A stretch of DNA of 64,000 nt from Oligoflexales bacterium (GCA_045105515.1 JBGCDR010000181.1:1-64000); one strand, 5' to 3'; counted from the first letter of the stretch, positions 9,491-19,345 are shown. The notes: generated by a model not told the origin, from the sequence alone. Numbers and translations are program-made.

Positions 9491-10111
9491 ATGAGCAATT
9501 CATTAGATGTAACTTTAAGGGCTACATTTGAAAAGATGCATGTGGTCATCCGGAAAAATGCTAAATTGAAATTGATAGAGTCCTCCAAATATGAAGATAT
9601 CGAGATACAAGAATTCACACCTGAAGACATAGAAAAACTTACTTGGGATCATTGGATCACCAGTATTCAACAGAAGACCGATCTAGGATCTTTTTTATTC
9701 AATGTCCATTTTTTCTCTAAAGCTGCACGAAAAATGGCCGAGCATGCATTTCAATCTTCCACCAAAATGTCCTCAAATTTCTCGCAAGCACTCATACAGG
9801 AATATACCAATATTACTGGTGGAGCCATAAAACAAAGCCTGGTAGCTGCCGGTGCAAAAATCTCTACAGACCTTCTGCAGGTTAATTTACCTGAAAGCAA
9901 GCCTAGCTATGACAAGGTCCATTTCACAGGATGGGAGGATAATCCGAAACTTGATAAATGGAAGTTTAATTTTAAAGACGATGTTATCTACTGCACCTGC
10001 AAAATCGAAATAGCAAATGAAAATGAAATTTTACAACTTCATGAATTAAAATCTATTGATGAACTTCATGAAGAAGAAGATACCGAAGACGGTGATATCG
10101 ACTTTTTATAG
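9491..10111 (+). CDS. CheX/CheC-like phosphatase family protein
   Basis: ExxN motif IQEYTNITGGAIK followed by VNLP; next to CheY. Confidence 0.6.
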   Translation: MSNSLDVTLRATFEKMHVVIRKNAKLKLIESSKYEDIEIQEFTPEDIEKLTWDHWITSIQQKTDLGSFLFNVHFFSKAARKMAEHAFQSSTKMSSNFSQALIQEYTNITGGAIKQSLVAAGAKISTDLLQVNLPESKPSYDKVHFTGWEDNPKLDKWKFNFKDDVIYCTCKIEIANENEILQLHELKSIDELHEEEDTEDGDIDFL

Positions 10112-10144
10112 ACTTTATTAAGTTTAGGTTTTAGCCAACACAGC

Positions 10145-10732
10145 ATGGAAATAAACACTAAACGAGTTTCAGATATTCAAGAAAAAAACCTGCAAGGCCT
10201 TTTGCGGCAAGCTTGTAGGTTACGTCTTTACTCGAGCTTAAAAATCGAGGGTGGCGTAGATGTCGAAGAGCTTAGCAATCCAGATGACTTTCTATATGGG
10301 CAATGGATGTCGGTCATTTTATTATCTGGCCAGGAACTTCAGTGTACTCTTAAAATGCATTATTTTAATGAATCAGCGATGGCACTCAGTTCCCATTCAC
10401 TCGGTTTAGCAAGGGCAAAAATAAAGCCCGGCATGCTGACAGACTATATGCGAGAACTAACCAATTTATTTGCTGGAGAAATAAAATCACAGTTATTTGC
10501 CAATAAGATTCTAGTTGGCATTAGTCTGCCACTCATAACACGAGGCTTCGATGAAATACTCTTTTCAGATAACTTGGGAAAATTTATCGTAAGAGATTAT
10601 TGGAAATTTCTATGGAGCGGTAACGAAATTGTTTTAACGGCTGAGACTGAGGTGTTTCAGCCTGAAATATTTAATTCTGTTACAATTAAAGAGTTCAATG
10701 CTGAAGACGAAGGCGATATTGACTTCTTATAA
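10145..10732 (+). CDS. CheX-like phosphatase family protein
   Basis: MRELTNLFAGEIK...GISLPLITRG, typical of CheX. Confidence 0.7.
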   Translation: MEINTKRVSDIQEKNLQGLLRQACRLRLYSSLKIEGGVDVEELSNPDDFLYGQWMSVILLSGQELQCTLKMHYFNESAMALSSHSLGLARAKIKPGMLTDYMRELTNLFAGEIKSQLFANKILVGISLPLITRGFDEILFSDNLGKFIVRDYWKFLWSGNEIVLTAETEVFQPEIFNSVTIKEFNAEDEGDIDFL

Positions 10733-10751
10733 ACCTTAAGGGAGCCTAACT

Positions 10752-11117
10752 ATGTCAAAAATTTTAATCGTCGATGACTCCGAAACCTTGCGCTTAGAGC
10801 TAAAAACATTTCTCGAAAGCCTTGGTCATTCTGTCGTTGAAGCTGAAAGTGGTCCAGATGGACTTGAAAAAATAAGCCAAAATACGGACGTAAATCTGCT
10901 TATATCTGATTTTAATATGCCGGGTATGGATGGTATCTCAATGTGCAAAAAGATCAAAGATGAAGCGCAATTCGCGAAGCTTCCGATCTTTATGCTAACC
11001 ACTGAATCGACCCCCGAACTTAAAAGTGTAGGCAAGGAAGCAGGTGTGATGGCTTGGATCGTAAAGCCGTTCAGTACTACAAAGCTTAAAACCGTGCTTG
11101 ATAAAATTCTAAAATAG
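10752..11117 (+). CDS. cheY: CheY-like single-domain response regulator
   Basis: ILIVDDS, SDFNMPGMDG, MLTTES, WIVKPF. Confidence 0.85.
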   Translation: MSKILIVDDSETLRLELKTFLESLGHSVVEAESGPDGLEKISQNTDVNLLISDFNMPGMDGISMCKKIKDEAQFAKLPIFMLTTESTPELKSVGKEAGVMAWIVKPFSTTKLKTVLDKILK

Positions 11118-11147
11118 AAGATTTAGGCCGCTTATCCGGGAGACCTA

Positions 11148-12116
11148 ATGACCGATCATTCCGACGAGCGAAGAGAGCTTATCAACCAGCACATGCTAGT
11201 GGCTCAAAATCTACGTGCTAGCCATAAAATTCTTTTTCAAATTGAAAGATCCAAGGCCAATACCGAAACAATGGTCGATTTATTGCCAGACTTCTACTTT
11301 GTTATCGATCAAGGTGGCAGGATTCTAAAAGGCAATATCTCTGGTGCTAAGCTTCTTAAGACTAACACAGATGGGATCATAAACCAGAACGTAGGTCAGC
11401 TTTTTTCTTCTGAATCAAGTAACATATTTTTTAATAAAATAAGCAAGTTATCTGACGCATATAGACGCACCCGCTTAAACAGAAGTGAGAACAAAACGGT
11501 TACCAGCTCATTTGAATTGCCAATTGATGCTGAAGAATACGAAACAAAAAGCATTCATTGGAACTTAAGAATTTTCGAGGGAGTTAGCCTACGCAGAGGT
11601 GCATTGATCTCTATTTTTGGGCGTGACATCACAGAAATTCGCAAGTACGAACAGCAGCTATCTGAAATATTCTCAGCAATCCCTCTCGGGATCATGATGA
11701 TCGACAACAATGGTGATGTAAATGGTCCCTACAGCGCCTATCTAGAATTTTTACTCGAGCAGGAAACCCTTAAAAACAAAAATATTTATGAAGTCTTATT
11801 CGACCCTTCTTCTGAAAATATGACATCAGAAGAAAAAAAAGGGTACCGAGAATTTCAAAACGTATTTGGTGCAGATGAAATTTTTTATAAAGTCGATAAA
11901 AAGCGCTTTCCCAAAGTACTCAAACTCCCTCTAAAAAATGGTTTTCGTTGGCTAGAAGTGACCTATCATCCTATTATTAAGGATGAAATGATAAACAAAG
12001 TGCTCTTAGTATTTAGTGATATATCTCGACAAATGAAGGAGCAAGAAAAAAATAGCAGCCAGTCTGAAGATGATTTGAGCTACCATGAAAAGCAAGGAAT
12101 CATTAAGCGCAGATAA
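11148..12116 (+). CDS. PAS-domain protein (two PAS-like repeats, no kinase output)
   Basis: LLPDFYFVIDQGGRI...GRDITE and AIPLGIMMIDNNG...FSDIS signatures. Confidence 0.7.
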   Translation: MTDHSDERRELINQHMLVAQNLRASHKILFQIERSKANTETMVDLLPDFYFVIDQGGRILKGNISGAKLLKTNTDGIINQNVGQLFSSESSNIFFNKISKLSDAYRRTRLNRSENKTVTSSFELPIDAEEYETKSIHWNLRIFEGVSLRRGALISIFGRDITEIRKYEQQLSEIFSAIPLGIMMIDNNGDVNGPYSAYLEFLLEQETLKNKNIYEVLFDPSSENMTSEEKKGYREFQNVFGADEIFYKVDKKRFPKVLKLPLKNGFRWLEVTYHPIIKDEMINKVLLVFSDISRQMKEQEKNSSQSEDDLSYHEKQGIIKRR

Positions 12117-12120
12117 CAAG

Positions 12121-13227
12121 CTAGCCCTGGTTCTCTAAATAAATTTGATCATAAATACTGAAAAACCTGGTTGCATTATCATTCACCTTAGAATGGTTCT
12201 TGCGAAAAGGATAATGAACTGATTGTAAGAACCCAGGCAGAAATTTTAACCAGTACTCTTCAACCTTTGAGGGTTCCGTTGTTTTAAGTTCGAGGGTGAT
12301 TGTAGGAAGATTTCTTTCGTTTCCCGCATAATTCCCTAAAGATCCTGGGTAGAATGAGTAGTCTACTACTCTGTAATTACGAGTTTTCTTTGAAACTGCG
12401 TAGACAAACTGCTTTGCTTTTTTTTCAATGCGCGATAAATGTACAGGCTTCTGATCACCAGGGCCGTCATAATCAAGAAAGCCTAAAGGAGCATGCACTG
12501 AGAAAATCTTATCTGGCTTGAACTTGTCGATGAGCTTAACTTGGAAAAGGGTCTCAACCTCTGTATTGGGAAAGTATCCCGGAAAATATCTCGCAACTCC
12601 ATTGCGGCGACCCCTCCAAGATTTTCCTGCCTTTTCATACCAATCTAGGGTAAAGAAATTTCGATTTACATCCACAATTCGGTTAGTTCTTAGGGGATAT
12701 TTTTGCAAAAATCCATCAGGATTAACGATAGGTGCGATAATCACTTTAATTCCATGTTTTATATATACGTCTGGATGAGATTGTAAATACCTCGCAAAAC
12801 GGAAAGATAGATGAATTGGTGTTAGCTCGTCCGGGTGGACTCCCCCCATGAAGAGAGTAGTATCCTTCCCGCTACCAAAAGAAGCGTAGATCAGTGGATG
12901 ACCAGCAACCGTTTTAAGATCGGCACGCCATTGAACACCACCACAGGGGTCACCATACCAACCATAACGCTTAAAGACCTGCTTAATATTTGTACAAAAC
13001 TTTTTGATAATCAATGCTTCACGAGGCTGTGCAATAGAATAGTGCGGCATATTGTATGGGGAAATAAATGGTATTTTAGCCAGCCCCCGCTTCAAGGGTA
13101 ATGAAGTGGCGATCATCTGCCCTTTGACCGACCATTCCCAAGTGAAGAACAGAACACCGCCGACAATAAAAAGCTTGGAAGCAATGCCTTTTCTCAGGAA
13201 AAACAAGAGAATCCTACTGCACCGCAC
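12121..13227 (-). CDS. M14 family zinc carboxypeptidase (MpaA-like murein peptide amidase)
   Basis: GGVHPDE, NPDG, DVNRNF, SVHAP, YPGSLG, TLEL motifs. Confidence 0.85.
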   Translation of the reverse strand: MRCSRILLFFLRKGIASKLFIVGGVLFFTWEWSVKGQMIATSLPLKRGLAKIPFISPYNMPHYSIAQPREALIIKKFCTNIKQVFKRYGWYGDPCGGVQWRADLKTVAGHPLIYASFGSGKDTTLFMGGVHPDELTPIHLSFRFARYLQSHPDVYIKHGIKVIIAPIVNPDGFLQKYPLRTNRIVDVNRNFFTLDWYEKAGKSWRGRRNGVARYFPGYFPNTEVETLFQVKLIDKFKPDKIFSVHAPLGFLDYDGPGDQKPVHLSRIEKKAKQFVYAVSKKTRNYRVVDYSFYPGSLGNYAGNERNLPTITLELKTTEPSKVEEYWLKFLPGFLQSVHYPFRKNHSKVNDNATRFFSIYDQIYLENQG

Positions 13228-13535
13228 AAACTGATAATTCGATAAATGAATTGCTTAGTCTCCTTAAAACAGCGATTCCTCTTCAAGTTCCTATATCAAA
13301 TTCTATATTTATTTCTTGAATGACTTAAGCTGTCAATTTGTTCCTAGTTTAATTTACGGAATGGTGAAAGAACTTAATCCCCTTCCATTTATTGGCTTGT
13401 ATCGCCATGAATGTGAGATAACATGAGTATTCCTGTTTTAAGTAAATTTGTGAGCAGCCTCAAGCAGCCAAGTGATATACTTATTAAATATAGCGATTCT
13501 TAGGGATTTTATAGACAAAACAAGTAGGGAAATAG

Positions 13536-14372
13536 ATGTCTAGCAATTACTTTGTTAAGCTTGAGCAATTTGAGGGGCCCCTCGACTTATTGCTGCATTT
13601 GATCCGAATGCATGAGCTAAACATTTTTCAGATTGACTTGTTTATCCTTACTTCTCAATATCTTGATTATCTGCGTCTTATGAAGTTTAGAGACCTTAAA
13701 GATGCCGCTGCATTTATGGAAATGGCAGCAAGCCTTATCGAGATTAAATCGAGCCACCTTTTACCCAATGAGTCCACGAATGAAGGTGAAGAAGGTGACC
13801 TAGCTGAAGAAGAGGATCCCGCTACGATTTTACAAAAGCGCTTATTCGAATATGACACCTTCCGTAAAGCTTCAGAATTTTTGATGGAAAAACCTGTGGG
13901 CGGAGGGCTCATTGCTAGCAGTTCGGAGTGGCGTCGTATAGCCCCATTTTATGATCATTTAGAGTCCCCCTTAAGAGGTGATCCAAGCACCCTATTGGTC
14001 CTCTATGAACAAATGCTTAGCTCGCTTGCGGAAAAGCGTCCTGTGACTGTTAAAGCCGTCACCGAATCGCTCACCGTGGAACACGTTATCTCCAAGCTCA
14101 AGGAGTATGTGGAAAAACTTGGATTTATCATGTTTCAAAAGCTCATGCCCAAAATGGAGTCTCGATACGAGCTAGTTGCAAATATTCTTGCCATTCTGCA
14201 GTTGGTGAGAGACAGAGAGCTCAAACTTTACCAAGAAGAAATGCAGGGGCCAATTTGGTTGTACACCCAGCGCCTTAATGAAAAGGATCTTCCAGATGAG
14301 GCGTTTGAAAATTTCTCTGAAATCCCAAAAAAGAAACCTGAAAAATCAGAGCCCGCACCTAACACCTTATAA
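13536..14372 (+). CDS. scpA: Segregation and condensation protein A
   Basis: FEGPLDLLLHLI, ITS/QYLDYL-type segment, LIEIKSSHLLP; upstream of scpB. Confidence 0.93.
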   Translation: MSSNYFVKLEQFEGPLDLLLHLIRMHELNIFQIDLFILTSQYLDYLRLMKFRDLKDAAAFMEMAASLIEIKSSHLLPNESTNEGEEGDLAEEEDPATILQKRLFEYDTFRKASEFLMEKPVGGGLIASSSEWRRIAPFYDHLESPLRGDPSTLLVLYEQMLSSLAEKRPVTVKAVTESLTVEHVISKLKEYVEKLGFIMFQKLMPKMESRYELVANILAILQLVRDRELKLYQEEMQGPIWLYTQRLNEKDLPDEAFENFSEIPKKKPEKSEPAPNTL

Positions 14373-14391
14373 AACCAAACAAGAGTGAAGT

Positions 14392-15312
14392 ATGACCGGT
14401 ATATTTGACAAAGAAGCGCCACTAACGCCCAAGCCTACTCCTGCTAAAAATGAGGAACCCTCTTCTCTGAATCTCGAAGATTCAGAGGAAAGCTATAGCA
14501 AAAATGCTGAATTCGAAATTGAATTAGAACCCTTTATAAACCCAACTGATGGCGAGCAGCCTGCCTCAAGTATCACCGAAATCGCTCCGCAACAGCTTTC
14601 TCAAGCTGCTGAAGATCCCACAGAAGACGAGCAACTTGTTTTATTTGAGGATGAATTGAATTTGCGCGGAAAGGTAGAGGCTATACTGTTTGCTGCCCCC
14701 ACTCCACTTAAAGCTTCAGAAATTTTTGAGTTAATTCAGGAAGAAGGAATTAATATCAGAGACATCCTTGAAGTGACGGAAAGTCTTCAGCGCTTCTACC
14801 AAGAGAAGGGAGGTGGATTCAAACTGACCCACCAAAAAGGGAAAGGCTATCAGTTTCAAACTGTCACTACTGCATCCTATTTGATGGAACGCCTATTTTC
14901 ACAAAGACCCAGACCCCTTTCGCGTGCAGCTCACGAGACCCTTGCAATTATTGCCTACAGGCAACCCGTAACAAGGGCAGATATCGAATTTATCCGTGGT
15001 GTGGATGCTGGTAGTATTATTAAAAACCTCCTCGAACGGAACCTAATCCAATGCGTTGGAAGAAAGGAAGACTCACCAGGGAAGCCAATGGTTTTTGGCA
15101 CAAGCACAGAGTTCCTCAAAACATACCGTTTGAAGAGTCTTGAAAGCCTTCCTCCACTCGATTCGTTCCAACCAGCCCAAGACGTTATGGAACAAGCACT
15201 CGAAAAAATCGATGCAAAACAGGAGATTGACGTTGAGGCGTTGATTACACAAAAGCCAGATGGTATTCATAAGCCCGTCTCATCTTCCGCAAACGAAGAA
15301 GTCGAAAAATAA
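14392..15312 (+). CDS. scpB: SMC-Scp complex subunit ScpB with acidic N-terminal extension
   Basis: VEAILFAA, LSRAAHETLAIIAYRQPVTRADIEFIRGV. Confidence 0.95.
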   Translation: MTGIFDKEAPLTPKPTPAKNEEPSSLNLEDSEESYSKNAEFEIELEPFINPTDGEQPASSITEIAPQQLSQAAEDPTEDEQLVLFEDELNLRGKVEAILFAAPTPLKASEIFELIQEEGINIRDILEVTESLQRFYQEKGGGFKLTHQKGKGYQFQTVTTASYLMERLFSQRPRPLSRAAHETLAIIAYRQPVTRADIEFIRGVDAGSIIKNLLERNLIQCVGRKEDSPGKPMVFGTSTEFLKTYRLKSLESLPPLDSFQPAQDVMEQALEKIDAKQEIDVEALITQKPDGIHKPVSSSANEEVEK

Positions 15313-15381
15313 TAATACTCTTAAGTTTGTTGTCAGCATCAAGTTAACACATGCTTAATCCTCCATTAAATAGGACAGAAA

Positions 15382-16128
15382 ATGGACGGTATTCGCATAC
15401 AAAAATGGATTTCAGAATTAGGTCTAGCATCTCGCAGAGAAGCTGAAAGATGGATCACTGAAGGTAGGCTAGAAATCAATGAAAAAGTTGCTTCGCTTGG
15501 TGATCGCATTAACCCTGTGGGTGACAGAGTTTTTCTAGACGGCAAAAAACTAGTTGCGAAAACCCCTCCAAAAATTTATTGGATGCTGCACAAACCTAAT
15601 GAAACATTGACATCAACAGCAAGGGATGGAAATAAAGCAAGAATATTTGATCTCCCTAAGCTACAAAAACAGTCTTTTCATATCTTCCCCATAGGTCGCT
15701 TGGACTTTAAAACCGAGGGCCTACTATTACTCACAAATGACGGAGAATTGTGTCATCGTCTTTGTCACCCTAAATACAAGCTCCCTCGCTTCTATCAAGT
15801 CCTAATCAAAGGCAAAGTAACCAGTGAGCAAATAAAACAAATTCGTAAAGGAATAGAGTTAGATGATGGCAAAGTAAGATGTGAGATTGTACCAGCTTAT
15901 GGGGTAAACCTAGGAAAATCAAAGGGGAGTTGGTATTTTGTGACTGTGTACGAAGGTAGAAACAGACTAGTTCGACGAATATTCGAACATTTTGATCACA
16001 AAGTAATTCGACTTGTTCGCTATGGATTCGGTGATTTACGTTTAAGTGCGAGCCTTAAGCCTGGTGATTACAGACAGTTAAGTTCTCAGGAAATCAAATA
16101 TCTCAAGGGTTCTGTACAGATCAATTAA
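15382..16128 (+). CDS. rluB: Ribosomal large subunit pseudouridine synthase (RluB/RsuA family)
   Basis: S4 domain SRREAE, GRLDFKTEGLLLLTNDG, EGRNRLVRR; scpAB-rluB synteny. Confidence 0.88.
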   Translation: MDGIRIQKWISELGLASRREAERWITEGRLEINEKVASLGDRINPVGDRVFLDGKKLVAKTPPKIYWMLHKPNETLTSTARDGNKARIFDLPKLQKQSFHIFPIGRLDFKTEGLLLLTNDGELCHRLCHPKYKLPRFYQVLIKGKVTSEQIKQIRKGIELDDGKVRCEIVPAYGVNLGKSKGSWYFVTVYEGRNRLVRRIFEHFDHKVIRLVRYGFGDLRLSASLKPGDYRQLSSQEIKYLKGSVQIN

Positions 16129-16259
16129 GGCCCAATCAGGCACAAAATTTTGTTAATTTTTCTATTCTCACCTTAAAATTCAACTTACTAAAATAACTGA
16201 GATAATCATAAATAATTGGGTATTAAGATAGGATCTATAGGTGCACCTATTAAAACATA

Positions 16260-16288
16260 TTGAAAAAAATCAAAAAATCGGTTAGATT
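16260..16288 (+). promoter_or_regulatory. Putative sigma70 promoter of the nucleotide transporter gene
   Basis: TTGAAA-N17-TAGATT. Confidence 0.45.
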
Positions 16289-16512
16289 TGCCGCAAAAAT
16301 GAGGAGTAGGTTTTTTCTCACGAATCCAAATTTGGACTACTGCTAAGAATCCAAGATCTAATCTCATTTTTTAAGAAGTAGTTGCTAAACAAGATCGAAT
16401 CGCCTGAGTGAAAATTCCATATCCTTCTTGTTGAACAAATTATCAAATTTATTTTGACTAATATTGGTCTTCGTGACTATCGAAAACATATTTCAAAAAA
16501 GGACTTTAACCT

Positions 16513-18051
16513 ATGAGTTCAAGTAACGCGAGTACTGCAGAGTTCAGTAAATTAAGACAGATTCTGTGGCCTATCCATGGATTCGAAATGAAAAAATTTC
16601 TACCCATGTTCATCATGTTTGGGTGTGTGAGCTTAAACTACAGTTTATTGAGACTAACCAAAGATACCTTAGTTATTAACGCAGCATCTTCTGGAGCTGC
16701 TGTTCTTCCATACTTGAAGCTTTGGTGCACAACACCTGCAGCTATTCTATTTATGATGTTTTACATCAAACTCGCATCTATGCTAAGCCGTAAAAACTTA
16801 TTCTATGCAGCAATGCTTCCATTCCTGCTATTTTTTCTAGTATTTCCATATCTATTATTTCCCAATATCGATGTACTTCACCCAACAAGCTCCGCTGACG
16901 CTCTATTATCTTTCTTACCAGCAGGCCTACATGGACTCGTGGAAGTTTACCGTAACTGGACCTTCTCACTTTTCTACGTAATGGCAGAATTGTGGGGAAG
17001 TATCTGCTTATCTACCCTCTTTTGGGGATGCGCAAACGAAGTTACCAAAGTAAGTGAAGCTAAGCGATTCTATGGCTTCCTTGGAATTGGGGCTAATATC
17101 CCACTTCTTTTTGTTGGTAGCACCGTTAAGGAGATCCTAAGTTTAAACGACTGGGGCGCTTCAATTAGAGTATTAATGGGAATTTGCTTCGTGGTTGCTG
17201 TTTGTGTAATGGCCTTATACTGGTACCTCAATAACGTGGTTATGGAAGATCCTAGATTTAAAATCACTGAAGTTAAGAAGAAAAAGAAAAAAGTAAAAAT
17301 GGGCTTTGCACAAAGCTTAAAAGTTCTTAGCACCTCAAAGTACCTTGCTTGTTTAGCGTTTATGGTACTCGCATATGGTATCTCCGTAAACCTTGTCGAA
17401 GTCTCTTGGAAACAATATGTCAAAGAACTATTCAAAGGTGACAATGCTGGCTATCTCCAGTTCACCAGTAACTGGATGTCTTACACTGGCCTTGCTAGTA
17501 TCATTTTTATGTTATTTGGCACCAGCAACAGTTTACGAATCCTAGGCTGGGGAAAAACTGCACTCATCACTCCCGTCGTCTTGTTCGTCGCATCAGCAGC
17601 TTTCTTCGGCAACCTGATGTTTGAAGATGTCATGATGGGCATCATGGGCACTCTTAGCATGTCTCCTTTGTTTATCGCTTGTTGGATTGGTGGCTTCCAT
17701 AATACCTTCGGGAAAAGCTCCAAGTACTCTTTCTTTGACCCCACCAAAGAAATTGCATACATTCCGCTTGACGAACACACTAAAAAAACTGGTAAAGCAG
17801 CTATCGACGGTGTAGGTGGTCGCCTTGGAAAGTCTGGCGGTGCTGCTATCAACATGATTTTGATCGGATTACTAGGTTCAGTTGAAGCAATCACAAGCTA
17901 CGTTGGCGTGTTTACGCTGATTACTATTGGCTTTTGGATTGTAGCTGCGAATGCTCTTAACAAGCAGTTTATTGCTCTTACTGAAAAACCAGAAACAACA
18001 GAGGCGAACGAGTCTGAAAAATCCTCTGACGCAGTTCCTGCTAAGGCTTAA
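16513..18051 (+). CDS. Nucleotide transporter, NTT/TLC (ATP:ADP antiporter, AAA) family
   Basis: LWPIHGFEMKKFLPM, TKDTLV, AELWGS, FWGCANE, EAKRFY, NLVEVSWK, KYSFFDPTKEIAYIPLD, GKAAIDGVGGRLGKSGG. Confidence 0.95.
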   Translation: MSSSNASTAEFSKLRQILWPIHGFEMKKFLPMFIMFGCVSLNYSLLRLTKDTLVINAASSGAAVLPYLKLWCTTPAAILFMMFYIKLASMLSRKNLFYAAMLPFLLFFLVFPYLLFPNIDVLHPTSSADALLSFLPAGLHGLVEVYRNWTFSLFYVMAELWGSICLSTLFWGCANEVTKVSEAKRFYGFLGIGANIPLLFVGSTVKEILSLNDWGASIRVLMGICFVVAVCVMALYWYLNNVVMEDPRFKITEVKKKKKKVKMGFAQSLKVLSTSKYLACLAFMVLAYGISVNLVEVSWKQYVKELFKGDNAGYLQFTSNWMSYTGLASIIFMLFGTSNSLRILGWGKTALITPVVLFVASAAFFGNLMFEDVMMGIMGTLSMSPLFIACWIGGFHNTFGKSSKYSFFDPTKEIAYIPLDEHTKKTGKAAIDGVGGRLGKSGGAAINMILIGLLGSVEAITSYVGVFTLITIGFWIVAANALNKQFIALTEKPETTEANESEKSSDAVPAKA

Positions 18052-18080
18052 GAAGAGCCCTCATTTCTCAAATCAAAAAT

Positions 18081-18163
18081 GTCATCGCCCCTACCTAGTA
18101 GGGTTAGGCGATCTCCTTCAAGATTACCTAAGCACGGATGCTACGCACCCGCTTGGTAATGAC
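18081..18163. repeat. Palindromic interspersed repeat between convergent genes
   Basis: GTCATCGCC...GGCGATCTC...AGATTACC...GGTAATGAC; same architecture as the other GTCAT...ATGAC elements. Confidence 0.55.
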
Positions 18164-18195
18164 ATGATAAGACCATGATCAAGGTATTGGTCAAT

Positions 18196-19212
18196 TCAAT
18201 TCTTTTTACGGGAAATTTGAACTCCACGGTCAGAACCTTCACCGACCGAAGAAGACTCATAACCAGCATCCACAATCAACTGGTGCTGCAACCTACGTAA
18301 ATAACTATTTCTAGGCTTAAGGCGAAGTTCACCAAGATTTTCATCTTTCTCAAACTTTTCAATAGCTGTCTTTGCTTCAGCTACAGCTTCCTCTTCTTTT
18401 TCAGCAGATGAGCCCTTAGCTCCCGGTTTTTGATCCTTAAATCCTGGTTTTGAACCACTTTTTTCAGACCCGTTAAAACTTTTGGAATCTCTCCTGCCTT
18501 CATTAGACCTATTGGCAGCTTCGCTTTTCTGACCCTTCATACGTGCTGCTTTTTGCAACATGATGGTAAAACGTCCCACTGGAGGCAAGCTTGCTAGATC
18601 ATACTCAACACCTTTAGCCCTCTTGTAAATCCATTCAAGGTAGGACAAGACAAAATGACCATATTGCTCAAAACTTTGTTTTAAAGCATCATCAATACTT
18701 TGCCAAACAGCCTTCTCTTCTTCGCTCTGATCTGCTTTTTGACGATCATGAGGTTTTTTGCCGGTCTTCGCATTGACAAGAGCTTCAAAATCCTGAGTAA
18801 GAAGCACAAATTGGTTCATGGTGTTACCATGAACCTCGTAGTCAAGCGGTTGCTTGCTGGACAAAAGAGGATACTTCTCTTGATACCATACACAAAGACG
18901 CCTGATTAGGTTTACTAAGTCCCCATCGACCACCTCTTGAGAAGAAGGTTTTTCAGCGCCTTCTTCCAAGAAAGCCAAACTTTCGAAATAAGGCCTAACT
19001 AAGGGCCATCTCTTTTCATTGATTTGTTCTTGAAACTGAGCTGGCAAAGACTTAAGGGTTCGGTCTTCTTCTAAGCAGGTAAAAAGAAAGTAATCAAGTG
19101 AAATCTCTTGACCAAGAGATTTCCTATAAATTTCAGTTAGACTAGGCTTTTCTTCTGGAAGATCAACTACTTCTTCTAAACCAAAACTGTCATCAACAGC
19201 ACTTCTTGTCAT
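18196..19212 (-). CDS. Protein with C-terminal R3H single-stranded nucleic-acid-binding domain
   Basis: LKPRNSYLRRLQHQLI...SSSVGEGSDRGVQI. Confidence 0.75.
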   Translation of the reverse strand: MTRSAVDDSFGLEEVVDLPEEKPSLTEIYRKSLGQEISLDYFLFTCLEEDRTLKSLPAQFQEQINEKRWPLVRPYFESLAFLEEGAEKPSSQEVVDGDLVNLIRRLCVWYQEKYPLLSSKQPLDYEVHGNTMNQFVLLTQDFEALVNAKTGKKPHDRQKADQSEEEKAVWQSIDDALKQSFEQYGHFVLSYLEWIYKRAKGVEYDLASLPPVGRFTIMLQKAARMKGQKSEAANRSNEGRRDSKSFNGSEKSGSKPGFKDQKPGAKGSSAEKEEEAVAEAKTAIEKFEKDENLGELRLKPRNSYLRRLQHQLIVDAGYESSSVGEGSDRGVQISRKKN

Positions 19213-19345
19213 ATCGTTCCTATCTTCTTGATGGTAGTTCCCCTATTAGTTTGCCAGTTCTTAAGGCGCAGTTTTTGACACAAGGAAGGCATGAGCAGCG
19301 ACTAGAGATTACTCATTGTAGAACAGCCCCAGGGGTATGCTGTTT

